Source: an uncultured Poribacteria bacterium (GTDB lineage: Bacteria > Poribacteria > WGA-4E > WGA-3G). From it: DNA of 64,000 nucleotides. Under the pieces are notes generated by a model. It was not told the origin of the DNA. It did no database searches and worked only from the letters and a program-made list of their open reading frames with translations. The position numbers and the translations under genes are program-made. How positions within the stretch are numbered: the stretch's first letter is position 1; each line of letters opens with the position of its first letter. The stretch is from assembly GCA_951813565.1 (NCBI GenBank), contig OX638351.1:1600001-1664000 (forward strand). Direction: 5' to 3'. Below, piece after piece: positions 1-10,475 of this stretch.

Positions 1-2
1 CC

Positions 3-596
3 AAAACCAAAGTTATCGGTGTCGGTGGCGCGGGAGGTAATGCTGTCAAACGAATGGTCGGAGCAGGTTTGGCAGACATTGAATTTTACGTTGTGAATAC
101 AGATCAACAAGCACTCGAAAAATGTGACAATGCAACGCCAGTACAGATCGGTGTTAACACCACGCAAGGGCTTGGTTGTGGAGCAAATCCAGAGATAGGC
201 AAGAGAGCAGCTGAGGAAGACAGAGAAACGCTCCAGAACATTGTTGGGGACGCGGATATTGTCTTCATCACTGCTGGCATGGGTGGTGGAACAGGAACAG
301 GTGCTGCACCCCTGATTGCATCTCTTGCACGGGAACAAGGTGCTTTAACTGTAGGTATTGTCACTTGTCCGTTTAATTTTGAGGGAGAACGGCGCGCCGA
401 ACGCGCAGAAGAAGGACTGCAGGAACTTCGTGACAATGCTGATTCTGTTCTTGTACTGCCAAACCAACGACTTCTTGATACGGTGGAGCGGCCATTGAAA
501 GTACCCGAGGCGTTTCGTCTCAGTGATGAAATGCTGCTCCACGGTGTTGCAAGTATTTCGGAATTTCATTCCAGCACCACACACAGAGACACTTAG
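3..596 (+). CDS. ftsZ: FtsZ/tubulin-like GTPase N-terminal domain; runs off the window start and is C-terminally truncated
   Basis: KVIGVGGAGGNAV, VVNTDQQAL, GLGCGANPEIG and the tubulin signature GMGGGTGTGAAP. Stops after GVASISE, before the T7 loop (GLINxDFAD) and the C-terminal domain. Confidence 0.85.
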   Translation, partial: KTKVIGVGGAGGNAVKRMVGAGLADIEFYVVNTDQQALEKCDNATPVQIGVNTTQGLGCGANPEIGKRAAEEDRETLQNIVGDADIVFITAGMGGGTGTGAAPLIASLAREQGALTVGIVTCPFNFEGERRAERAEEGLQELRDNADSVLVLPNQRLLDTVERPLKVPEAFRLSDEMLLHGVASISEFHSSTTHRDT

Positions 597-837
597 TTTT
601 ATATTCAGTGCAAGAAAATAAAAGAAGTACTGTCTCACTACCTCTTAAGAGTATACGTCTCTATAAGGTAGAGACAAACCCCAACACATCTATCGTCATG
701 AGTTTGCACATATAGTTCGTGTTAGGGTTTAACCTTTCAGTAGAAACGTTCTAATGAAGATTAAGAAACCACTTCTTAATCTTCATCGCATTACAGAGTT
801 GGTATCTTGAAACCCTAAAAATGGAGAAACCTAATTG

Positions 838-2847
838 ATGAAATCACAGATAATTTATGGAATAATTTTACTCATTACACTATCGCTTATATCAATCACA
901 AACTCACAAACTGTACAAGCGCAAGACACACAGACCGTTAAAAAAGAACTCACCGCAATCAAAACCGAACAACCACCAACTATTGATGGTATTCTTAATG
1001 ATGTCTGCTGGCAAGATGCACCGAAAGCTGCCGGTTTCACTGATGAACGCACCGAACAACCGGCAAAAAATCAATCTGCTGGTCGCCTTGTCTATACAGA
1101 CAAAGCCATCTACGTTGGACTTCACCTCTACGACGATATGCCCGACAAAATTGTAGCGCGCCAAACCAAAGATCAGACGCGATTCCAAGGTGAAGACTGG
1201 GTATCCTTTAGCCTTGACACATTTCACACGCACCAGTTTTCTGACAGAAGCTTCTTCCTCGTAAATCCACTCGGCACGAAATTCGCGCATCTTGCCACCG
1301 GGCGTGCTGAAAAAAGCGAATGGATCGGACTCTGGAAAACTGCAGCACAAATTGTGGATAACGGCTGGATTGTAGAGATGGAAATCCCATGGCAGATGTT
1401 GGATTACCCAGACACAACCAAACCTGTTCGGATGGGGATTAACATTGATCGCGGGCAGCAGCGAACCGGGGAAAAATCGTGGTGGTGTAATTTAGGCGTT
1501 AACGAATTTCGGGAAAACGATGGACACTGGGTTGATGTGCTTCCACCACGCCGAAAACGTGAACTAAAGTTGCTCCCGTATCTAATTGGCGGCATCAGCG
1601 AAACGGAAACTTCTGTAGGAGCGACCTCCGAGTCGCGATGGGAATATACTGCCCGTGCAGGCGGCGACATACGTTATGAGGTTACGCCACAAATACGACT
1701 CATCGGTGCTGCCAATCCAGATTTTGATAACATTGAACAGGCAGTAGAAGGCATTGATTTCTCTTACGGCGAACGCTACGTCCCTGACCGCCGCCCTTTC
1801 TTTTCCGAAGGAGGAAATGTCTATAGACTTGGAAATTCCTTTCATTCGCGGCGGATAGCAGATATGGATGGAGGGCTAAAACTCTTTGGAAAAGTAGCAA
1901 AAAATACTTCTGTAAGCACCTTAGGCACCTATCATCGAAACAATCAGAACTTTATTGTCCGTGTCTCACAGTCTCTAACGGCGACATCTAACATAAATGC
2001 AGCGTTCTTGTCCCACCATCACCGTGACACTGGATTGAACAATGTAGGTTATCTTTCCGGAGATGTACGCCACGGTAAATTTTCAGTAGGTTCTAATCTC
2101 GTGCAAACTTGGACAGGCGAATCGGACGGAAGGAATGGGTTTGTCAGTTTAGGCTACAACGGACCGATTTTCCAACCCTATCTGTCCGCATTTTTTGTGG
2201 ATCCGGATTTCGTCAATAGACTCGGTTACCGTCCATTCACCGGCTACCGCGGCATAGGTTTGGGTAGTTTCATTAAGAATGAATGGCGCGAAGGATTCTT
2301 CCGCAGAGCATCCGCTTCTGTCCAAAGCCAAATCTCTAACACTTATGAAGGCGAGGTTTTCCGGCGTGACCTGTCCATATCTTCACTTATCCTAACACAT
2401 AGCGACTATGCACTTGCCGCTGGCTGGAGGGGCGGGCAATTTGAAGAATTCAGCGATAGCGTTTTCAGTATTGGATTACGTGCGCGTGCTTCTGACAGGT
2501 TCAATAATGTTGGCATTACCTACAATTGGGGTGAACAAGCAGGTGAGACGATTCATCGTATTAGTGGAAATCTTAACTTGCGTGCTTATGGCTTCACTGC
2601 GGGGCTCTCCTCTCAAATCCAATGGCATTTTGAACGGCGCTACCTACAGATTCTTACCCTCACGTACGACTTCAGTCCCGCCTTAAGTCTCGGCAGTCGT
2701 TTAATATGGCAAGCAGAGCATGTTAATGTATATTTCGCATTGCGCCGTTCTGGCTATGCTGGCATGGACTTCTTTATCATCCTCGGCGACCCAAATGCTT
2801 TGGAATTCAAGCAACGTCTTGTAGCAAAAGTGATTCGGGCATTTTAA
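838..2847 (+). CDS. Secreted CBM9-like/DUF5916-type outer-membrane protein, paralog 1
   Basis: Signal peptide, PPTIDGILND..W CBM9-like start, NPDF..IE and DRRPFF.EG motifs, amphipathic beta-strands, terminal Phe (VIRAF). Confidence 0.75.
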   Translation: MKSQIIYGIILLITLSLISITNSQTVQAQDTQTVKKELTAIKTEQPPTIDGILNDVCWQDAPKAAGFTDERTEQPAKNQSAGRLVYTDKAIYVGLHLYDDMPDKIVARQTKDQTRFQGEDWVSFSLDTFHTHQFSDRSFFLVNPLGTKFAHLATGRAEKSEWIGLWKTAAQIVDNGWIVEMEIPWQMLDYPDTTKPVRMGINIDRGQQRTGEKSWWCNLGVNEFRENDGHWVDVLPPRRKRELKLLPYLIGGISETETSVGATSESRWEYTARAGGDIRYEVTPQIRLIGAANPDFDNIEQAVEGIDFSYGERYVPDRRPFFSEGGNVYRLGNSFHSRRIADMDGGLKLFGKVAKNTSVSTLGTYHRNNQNFIVRVSQSLTATSNINAAFLSHHHRDTGLNNVGYLSGDVRHGKFSVGSNLVQTWTGESDGRNGFVSLGYNGPIFQPYLSAFFVDPDFVNRLGYRPFTGYRGIGLGSFIKNEWREGFFRRASASVQSQISNTYEGEVFRRDLSISSLILTHSDYALAAGWRGGQFEEFSDSVFSIGLRARASDRFNNVGITYNWGEQAGETIHRISGNLNLRAYGFTAGLSSQIQWHFERRYLQILTLTYDFSPALSLGSRLIWQAEHVNVYFALRRSGYAGMDFFIILGDPNALEFKQRLVAKVIRAF

Positions 2848-3101
2848 ATCCTTAATATTCTATCGCACAATCTTACTGCGGGCGTTTGTAGAAACGTTCC
2901 TGATTTATAGAGGGCGCGGTCTTTCTCACTTACCGAGATTGATCGCGCCTATAATTTATTCAATTCTCTTGCAACAAACTTGTGAAACGCCCTATAAAAA
3001 TCCATATATTTTCATTTTTTTCTACCTTGATGCACGTTTTCTTGTTAAACTTTCGTCATTAAATAATAGAAGAGGAACCCAATCCAATAGGAGGAAGTTT
3101 C

Positions 3102-4811
3102 GTGGAAAGAGAAGATGATGTTCAACTAATTCGTAAAATCTTATCGGGCGACGACGCTGCGTTTGGCATCTTGGTCGAAAAGTATCAAAAAAGCATTCAT
3201 GACCTTGCATGGCGGAAGATTCACGATTTTCACTATGCGGAAGAGATTATGCAAGACACCTTCCTTAAGGCATACAGAAAACTTCCGACACTCAAGAATC
3301 ACAATCAATTTGCTGGGTGGATCCATGTCATCGCAAATCGACTTTGCATTGATTGGGTACGAAAGCAAAAGCCTGTGATGCAGTCCTTAGAAAACATACG
3401 TCAGGAAGAAATCGAGAAATCCTCTTATACACACCATATATCGGAACAACGGGGAACAGAGAGAGTTGAGTATTGCCATGAGCTTGTGCAAAAGCTTTTG
3501 GAAAAACTGCCAGAAAATGAACGCACGGTCGTAACGCTCTACTATCTTGACGAAATGTCAACGAAAGAGATCGGCGAATTCATGGGAGTGTCAGTGAATA
3601 CAATTACGAGCCGACTCCAACGCGCTCGAAAACGTCTACAAACAGATCAGGAACTCTTGGATCAAGAATTCTTTGGTCATTTACAATTACCCGAAAATCT
3701 GAAGGAGAATATCATGAGTCAATTAGAAGAAATTCGCCACAAGTTCAATTCATTCATGGAAAAAGTGAAATTTGACCCCGCATCAAGAGAGAATATACTT
3801 AAAGAAGCAGACAGCGAAATTGATGCTGCGCTCAAGGGTGAAATCACACCTGAGTTGGCGCATCTTGTTGTTGATGATATATACCCACACATGGGTAAGC
3901 ACGGAATAGAAAAACGTCTCTCTCTTCTACATAAGTTCTTGGATGACGCACCAGATAATAAAGAACGTTTTTGGGCACATCAAAAGTTAGCTTCAAGCCT
4001 TGCATTTCTTGGGAGACACCGAGAATCAGTAGAGGAACAATTGCAACTTTACCGATGGGCATGCAAAAACGACATCCCAGATAAGGATGTATTACATATT
4101 TTCTGTTCTAATCTTGAGAACCCAGCATCTTGGTCTGCAGAAGGTCGAATTTATGAATGGATTAAACTATATCATGAGGCATCGGAACGTCTAATAAAAC
4201 CTGATGTAAGTTATCTTGACCGCTGCGAATTTCTACAAATCGGTGCAGAAGTGCTTCGAGCAAACGGAAAATCGGATGAGGCATTAATTGAACTCGAAAA
4301 GTTGGAAAAAACGAATACTAAACAGGATTGGAGACACTATTTTCGATTTTGGTTAGTTGTGAAAACAAATCGTTTGTTACTGTGTAACAGACGGAATGAA
4401 TCGGAACGTTTTGATGAAATCATAACGGAACTCAAGAGCTATATGGAAGGTGAGTATAAGAAATATAATGCGGGGCAACCCGTAAATACTGGTGATCTCA
4501 TCTGGCTTTCTCACGACATCGGCTGTTGTCTGGTGTGGATAAATAAGTACAGTATAGCAAGAAGTTTTTTACAAGTCGCTTGTGATTTGGGAGGTGAGAA
4601 TCACTATGGACACTTCATGCTCGCTGTAAGTATCTGGGCATCAGATAAGGACCGTGAGAAAACTCTACATCATCTCAAGATTGCTGAGGAAGACTATGCT
4701 GTAGCTTCCTACAATTTTCGTGATAGTTACTACTCATCTTTCGTTAATACACCTGAATTTTCGGATGTAAAAGATGATCCAGAGTTTCTGAAAGTTCTGG
4801 GACAGAAGTAG
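3102..4811 (+). CDS. ECF sigma-70 factor with long C-terminal helical/TPR-like extension
   Basis: Region 2 (AEEIMQDTFLKAY...WIHVIANRLCID), region 4 (LPENERTVVTLYY...EIGEFMGVSVNTITSRLQRAR), then about 370 aa of helical sequence. Confidence 0.85.
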   Translation: MEREDDVQLIRKILSGDDAAFGILVEKYQKSIHDLAWRKIHDFHYAEEIMQDTFLKAYRKLPTLKNHNQFAGWIHVIANRLCIDWVRKQKPVMQSLENIRQEEIEKSSYTHHISEQRGTERVEYCHELVQKLLEKLPENERTVVTLYYLDEMSTKEIGEFMGVSVNTITSRLQRARKRLQTDQELLDQEFFGHLQLPENLKENIMSQLEEIRHKFNSFMEKVKFDPASRENILKEADSEIDAALKGEITPELAHLVVDDIYPHMGKHGIEKRLSLLHKFLDDAPDNKERFWAHQKLASSLAFLGRHRESVEEQLQLYRWACKNDIPDKDVLHIFCSNLENPASWSAEGRIYEWIKLYHEASERLIKPDVSYLDRCEFLQIGAEVLRANGKSDEALIELEKLEKTNTKQDWRHYFRFWLVVKTNRLLLCNRRNESERFDEIITELKSYMEGEYKKYNAGQPVNTGDLIWLSHDIGCCLVWINKYSIARSFLQVACDLGGENHYGHFMLAVSIWASDKDREKTLHHLKIAEEDYAVASYNFRDSYYSSFVNTPEFSDVKDDPEFLKVLGQK

Positions 4812-4825
4812 GACAACGATAATTT

Positions 4826-5150
4826 ATGAAACTTCGTGATGTTATCGCCGCTGGTGTAAAGCCTCTTGTCCAAAATAGACTCCGTGCCGGATTGTCCATC
4901 CTCGGCATCTTCATCGGGATTGCAGGTGTGCTGTGCATGATCGCCATCGGTAAGGGTCCGGTATCATTGGCGAACGCCCTTACGGATGCGCGTTGTGGGC
5001 GTAATGAAGCCCAAAGGTCGTAGTCTCACTTGGATCTATTGCTTGGATGATGCCATCTGTCTCCCATTGACAACCTATCAACAACGGCTTGAAGGTATAA
5101 ATCACGTTGAACACTTGATTGTCTTTTTTCAAGAGGGGACCAATTTCAAC
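4826..5150 (+). pseudogene. Internally deleted MacB/FtsX-like ABC permease remnant
   Basis: NRLRAGLSILGIFIGIAGVLCMIAIG followed, in another frame, by RVVGVMKPKG...LPLTT; both are MacB-type segments with most of the protein missing. Confidence 0.7.
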
Positions 5151-5151
5151 A

Positions 5152-5671
5152 ATAGAAAATTGCCTCAGTCTTTCAGGACTTTTCACACTTTTTCTTGACC
5201 GCGGGGGAAAACATCGGTATCGGGAATGTGGAGCAGGTCAACAATGAACCTGCTGTGATTCAGGCGGCAGAGCAAGGTCAAGCAGATACCATCATTTCAC
5301 AACTGTCTGACGAATACCAGACTTTACTCGGACGGCATTTTGATGGCGGCACCGATTTATCGGGTGGAGAGTGGCAGAAAATCGCTGTCTCGCGTGCCTT
5401 TATGAGAGACGCAGAAATATTAATCCTTGATGAACCGACAGCCGCACTTGATGCAGAATCCGAATATACGCTCTTTCAACGTTTCAACATGCTTACGCGA
5501 GGCGTGACAACGTTGTTAATCTCCCATCGGTTCTCAACAGTCCGCATGGCAGATAGGATTCTCGTCATTGATGAAGGGAAAATTCTTGAGGAAGGCACCC
5601 ATGAACAACTGATGAACAAAGGCGGTAGGTACGCAACACTCTACCGAATGCAGTCAGAAAAATATAAGTAA
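5152..5671 (+). pseudogene. C-terminal half of an ABC exporter ATPase (no Walker A, no TMD)
   Basis: VFQDF Q-loop, LSGGEWQKIAVSRA signature, ILILDEPT Walker B, ISHRFSTV H-loop; abuts the MacB remnant. Confidence 0.75.
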
Positions 5672-5699
5672 AATATCTAAAGACGGAGGATGCTAATTG

Positions 5700-7709
5700 A
5701 TGAATCTACAAAAAATTTATGCGATAGTGTTGCTCATCACACTATCTCTCATTTTAATCATAAACGGACAGACCGCAGAGGCACAGAACACACAAACTGT
5801 CCAAAAAGAACTCTCCGCAGTCAAAACCGAGCAACCCCCTACCATTGATGGTATACTCAACGATGCTTGCTGGCAAAACACACCGCAAGCTATCAGTTTC
5901 ACCGACCAACGCACCGAAAAACCTGCTAAGAATCAATCTGTCGGCAGGGTTGTTTACACCGACGAAGCTATCTACGTTGGGCTTCACCTTTATGATGATA
6001 TGCCTGATAAAATCGTGGCGCGCCAAACCAAAGATCAAACCGGAATCGGTGGAGAGGACTGGGTATCTTTCACTATTGATCCATTTCACACACATCAATA
6101 TTCTGATAGGAATTTCTTCATCGTAAATCCACTCGGCACGAAATTCGCACATCTCGCCACAGGACGTGCTGCAAAAAGCGAATGGATCGGACTGTGGAAA
6201 GCTGCATCCCAGATTGTCCAAGACGGTTGGGTTGTAGAGATGCAAATCCCATGGCAGATACTGGATTATCCCGACACAACAGAACCTGTTCGAATGGGAA
6301 TCAACCTTGACAGATTCCAACAACGCACTGGAGAACGTTCATGGTGGTGTAATTTAGGTGTTCAAGAATTCCGAGAAAACGATGGGCATTGGATTGATGT
6401 GCTACCACCACCACGAAAACGTGTACTAAAGTTTTTACCCTATCTGATTAGCGGTATCAGCGAAACGGAAACTTCTGTAGGAGCGGCCTCCGAGTCGCGA
6501 CGAGAATATACTGCCCGCGCGGGAGCGGACCTACGCTATGAAGTTACGCCACAACTCCGTCTTATCGGTACAGCCAATCCCGATTTTGATAACATTGAAC
6601 AGTCTGTCGAAGGCATTGATTTTTCTTACAGTGAACGCTTCGTATCGGATCGCCGTCCTTTCTTTTCGGAGGGCGGCAATGTTTATCGTCTCGGTCGCCT
6701 GTTCCATTCGCGGCGGATAGTGGATATGGACGGCGGGCTTAAACTCTTTGGCAAACTCGGGAAAAACACCTCTGTCGGCACTTTAGGCACGTATCATCGG
6801 AACAACCAGAACGTTATTCTTCAAGCCTCACAATCACTTACAGCGACATCCAATATCAGCGCGGCGTTCCTTTCGCATCATCACCGTGACACTGGATTGA
6901 ACAATGTAGGTTCTCTTTCCGGAGATGCACGCTACGGTAAGTTTTCAGGGCGTTCTCGTTTCGTTCAAAGTTGGGACGGCGAATCGAACGGAAGGGATGG
7001 GTTCGTCAATGTAGTCTACAACGGATCGCTCTTTCAACATGCCCTGACCGCGTTTTTTGTGGATTCAGATTTCGTCGACAGACTCGGATACTATCCATTT
7101 ACGGGTTATCGCAGTGTAAATTTAGCGAGTTATTTCGTTAACGAATGGCGTGAAGGATTTTTCCGCAGAGCATCCGCTTCCATCCAAAGCCAAATCTCTA
7201 ATACTTACGAAGGCGAGGTCTTTCGGCGTGCTCTCAATGTATCTTCACTGATCCTAACACATAGCGATTATGCGCTTGCCGCTGGCTGGAGGGGCGGGCA
7301 ATTTGAAGAATTCAGCGATAGTGTTTTCAGCATCGGATTCCGGGCGCGTGCTTCTGACAGGTTCAATAATGTCGGTATTACCTACAATTGGGGTGAACAG
7401 GCAGGCGAACGGATTCATCGTATCAGCGGAAATCTAAATCTCCGCGCCTACGGTTTCACCGCAGGACTCTCCTCCAATATCCAATGGCATTTTGAAAGAC
7501 GCTACCAACAGATTCTAACCTTCGGCTATGATTTCAGTCCCGCCTTAAGCCTCGGTAGTCGTTTAATCTGGCAAGTAGAAGGTATTAATACCTACTTCAC
7601 ATTACGCCGCTCCGGGTATGCTGGCACCGACTTCTTTATCATCCTCGGCGACCCAAACGCCTCAGAATTCAAACAACGTTTAATAGCAAAAGTTATCCGA
7701 GCATTTTAG
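5700..7709 (+). CDS. Secreted CBM9-like/DUF5916-type outer-membrane protein, paralog 2
   Basis: Same length as and colinear with 838..2847, with long identical peptide stretches. Confidence 0.75.
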   Translation: MNLQKIYAIVLLITLSLILIINGQTAEAQNTQTVQKELSAVKTEQPPTIDGILNDACWQNTPQAISFTDQRTEKPAKNQSVGRVVYTDEAIYVGLHLYDDMPDKIVARQTKDQTGIGGEDWVSFTIDPFHTHQYSDRNFFIVNPLGTKFAHLATGRAAKSEWIGLWKAASQIVQDGWVVEMQIPWQILDYPDTTEPVRMGINLDRFQQRTGERSWWCNLGVQEFRENDGHWIDVLPPPRKRVLKFLPYLISGISETETSVGAASESRREYTARAGADLRYEVTPQLRLIGTANPDFDNIEQSVEGIDFSYSERFVSDRRPFFSEGGNVYRLGRLFHSRRIVDMDGGLKLFGKLGKNTSVGTLGTYHRNNQNVILQASQSLTATSNISAAFLSHHHRDTGLNNVGSLSGDARYGKFSGRSRFVQSWDGESNGRDGFVNVVYNGSLFQHALTAFFVDSDFVDRLGYYPFTGYRSVNLASYFVNEWREGFFRRASASIQSQISNTYEGEVFRRALNVSSLILTHSDYALAAGWRGGQFEEFSDSVFSIGFRARASDRFNNVGITYNWGEQAGERIHRISGNLNLRAYGFTAGLSSNIQWHFERRYQQILTFGYDFSPALSLGSRLIWQVEGINTYFTLRRSGYAGTDFFIILGDPNASEFKQRLIAKVIRAF

Positions 7710-7774
7710 AGTGTATCTCCTAAATCCGATTTGTTGGTTTAACCTTGTTGTTAGTGCTGTAGTGTACTTCCATT

Positions 7775-7848
7775 GTAGGGGCGGGTCTCTGTGCCCGCCC
7801 GTTGTTTCTACCCATGAGACATGGCGAGGCACAGAGACCTCGCCCTAC
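7775..7848. repeat. Inverted doublet of GTAG-type REP hairpins
   Basis: GTAGGGGCGGGTCTCTGTGCCCGCCC ... GGCGAGGCACAGAGACCTCGCCCTAC; related copies near 45496 and 57089. Confidence 0.75.
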
Positions 7849-8039
7849 AAGTAATATGGATAAATTGTAGAGTTTTCACGGATATCCGTGCGTTGTTCAT
7901 GAATGGTCTGGTTGTTTGCCCTAAACCTCATGGTATAATATGTGAATGCTTCTTGGTAGGCGCGATTTCAAATCGCGCCTAAAGCAGTGCATAAAACTTT
8001 TGCAAAATATCACCCTTATGTTCAGGAGGCACAATCTAA

Positions 8040-9475
8040 TGAAAAGTCCGTGGGGACGACACTTTGTTGTTAGCAAAATCGTGTTAGTTCTACTCGTATT
8101 TGTATTCCTTTGCTCTACAGTAGCATGGGATGCCAAAGCCAAAAAGGATACAGAGATGGAAAAAGACAGGATCCAGATTTACAAAGAAAACCCGCGTTAC
8201 TGGCAATATAAAGGTGAGCCGATTTTACTAATCGGCGGCTCAGTCGAGGACAACCTATTTCAGATACCAAATCTCAAAGAACATCTTGAGCTTTTGAAAT
8301 CGGTCGGCGGTAACTATGTGCGGTCTACGATGGGGTGGAATGATGAAGGCGATATACCACCTTTTAAAAGAGTCGGCGAGAAATACGACTTAAATCACTG
8401 GAATGACGAATTTTGGACGCGTTTTCAGAACTTCATAACGTGGACCCACGAAATGGATATTATCGTCCAAATAGAAGTGTGGGCAACCTTCACATATTAC
8501 CGAGATAATTGGGATGTCAATCCTTTCAATCCAAAAAATAACAGCAATTACACCGCAGAAGAAACAGGGTTACCTACTGTTGTCAAAGACCATCCAGTTG
8601 CAGCAAAGAACAACTTTTTCTGGTCAGTACCGAAAGAGCGGAATCAGGAAAACGTCTTAAAATATCAGGAAAAGTTTGTGGACAAACTCCTTGAAGAGAC
8701 ACTTCCTTACGGACATATACTCTACTGCATGGACAATGAGACTGCAGTTACGGCTGCATGGGGTGAATACTGGGCAACGTATATTCAGAAGAAGGCAGCA
8801 GAGGCTGGACGTACCGTTGAAACGACAGAGATGTGGGACCCGTGGGATTTATCCGATGAGAAACATAAAGCGACTTTTGACCATCCCGAAACCTACTCGT
8901 TTTGTGATATATCACAGAATAATCATCAGAAACGGCAGCGGCATTGGGATAACGCTCAGAAAATTCGCGCTAAACTCACACCTATTCGTCCCATCAATAA
9001 TATAAAGATTTACGGTGCTGATGGCGGGCGGTTCGGCAGTACGCGAGATGGATTAGAGCGATTTTGGCGAAACGTTTTCGGAGGATTTGCATCGGCACGG
9101 TTCCACCGTCCGGATAGCGGCGTTGGTTTGAGCAAAATCGCACAAGCACATCTCAAGAGTATGCGAACCATTACAGACGAAATGGATATTTTTACATGTG
9201 AACCTCACAATGACTTGCTTTCTAACAGAGCAGATAACGGCGCGTATACTATCGCAAATCCCGGAAAGGAATATGCTGTCTATTTTCCAAAAGGTGGTTC
9301 AGTAGATCTCAACTTGAGTGCGAACGGCAAGACAGATACCAAAACGGTAAAAATCAGATGGCTAAATATCCACAACAGCAAATGGAGACAGGAGGAGAAA
9401 ATCCCTTTCAGCGATAGTATAACATTAACCGCGCCGACCGAAGTACATTGGGCAGTTTTGATAGAAACAAAATAG
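8040..9475 (+). CDS. Secreted glycoside-hydrolase-like protein (TIM-barrel-like domain plus C-terminal putative collagen-binding-type beta domain)
   Basis: Hydrophobic N-terminus, NPRYWQYKGEPILLIG, YCMDNE putative acid/base, C-terminal ANPGKEYAVYFPKGG...WLN...WAVLI; start codon uncertain. Confidence 0.55.
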
Positions 9476-9505
9476 AATATAAGTAAAGAAATTGTGTCAA
9501 AATTT

Positions 9506-9534
9506 TTGCATTAACACAAATCTTGTAGTATAAT
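9506..9534 (+). promoter_or_regulatory. Sigma-70 promoter of the atp operon
   Basis: TTGCAT-N17-TATAAT. Confidence 0.65.
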
Positions 9535-9598
9535 TTATAGCGTTGCTTAAGGAGAAAATCTATTCTAACACCGTTTTCATCTTGTGGGAGCAAACGTC

Positions 9599-9898
9599 AT
9601 GTTTAAACGACGGTTAGACCAATTCAAACATGAAAATGTAGGGATGTTTGACCTCGCTTCGATTGGGATTACGCTTGCACTCGCTATTGTTATCGGTTGG
9701 TTCGGGGGTAAGTGGATCGGTGGGAAATTGGGCAACGCAGAAATCGGGTCATATATCGGGTTTGTACTCGGTGTCGCTGCCGGGTTCATGGAGATGTTTC
9801 GATCAATAGCGCGATGGAATCGAAAAATGGAACGCATGGAAAAACAACGTCGTGATGAAGCACGACAAGCACAAGATACTGAAGAGAACAACGTCTAA
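9599..9898 (+). CDS. AtpZ/AtpI-family small membrane protein (ATP synthase gene 1)
   Basis: Two Gly-rich TM helices (GITLALAIVIGWFGGKWI; GFVLGVAAGF) at the head of the atp operon. Confidence 0.75.
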   Translation: MFKRRLDQFKHENVGMFDLASIGITLALAIVIGWFGGKWIGGKLGNAEIGSYIGFVLGVAAGFMEMFRSIARWNRKMERMEKQRRDEARQAQDTEENNV

Positions 9899-9981
9899 AA
9901 GCGTTTGACTACGATACCCGTAAGTTGTTTGAGGATCAACAACTATTCGCCGTTATTTTGACAAAGGAGTCATCTACTTAA

Positions 9982-10389
9982 ATGGGTCCCACACTTGAAT
10001 TTGGTGACCGGTTTATCCGACAAGTTTATGTCTTAACAATCTGCCTTACCGTGGTTATTGGCGGTATATTGTTAGGTGTTAAACGTATCGCACTCCCCAG
10101 TTTTCTAATCGGTAGCATTATCGGTCTTAGTATGTTCTGGTCAATCGAATTCGTGATTCGAAGGCTGATTCGTCCGGGAAAAACGCAGAAAACAAAGTAT
10201 CTGCTCGGTTTCATTGCTCTCGGCAAATACACTGTACTCGGTGTACTTCTCTTTTTCTTGTTCAAAATGAAGTGGATGAATATTTACGCATTCGGCGGGG
10301 GAATTGTTTTAGTACAAGGTGCAATCATTCTCAAAGCAATCGGCTTGATGGTAAATATTCTTAGGAAAAAAGATCCTGATCAACCTTAA
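9982..10389 (+). CDS. atpI: ATP synthase subunit I-like membrane protein
   Basis: Four hydrophobic helices, AAGGAG RBS, position upstream of atpB. Confidence 0.65.
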   Translation: MGPTLEFGDRFIRQVYVLTICLTVVIGGILLGVKRIALPSFLIGSIIGLSMFWSIEFVIRRLIRPGKTQKTKYLLGFIALGKYTVLGVLLFFLFKMKWMNIYAFGGGIVLVQGAIILKAIGLMVNILRKKDPDQP

Positions 10390-10475
10390 GCGGTATTTTC
10401 TATGTGTATTGTAAAGCAAAATAACTAGTCGATGGTAGCATTTCGTTTTGTAATGTTTACAAAAGAGATAGTACG

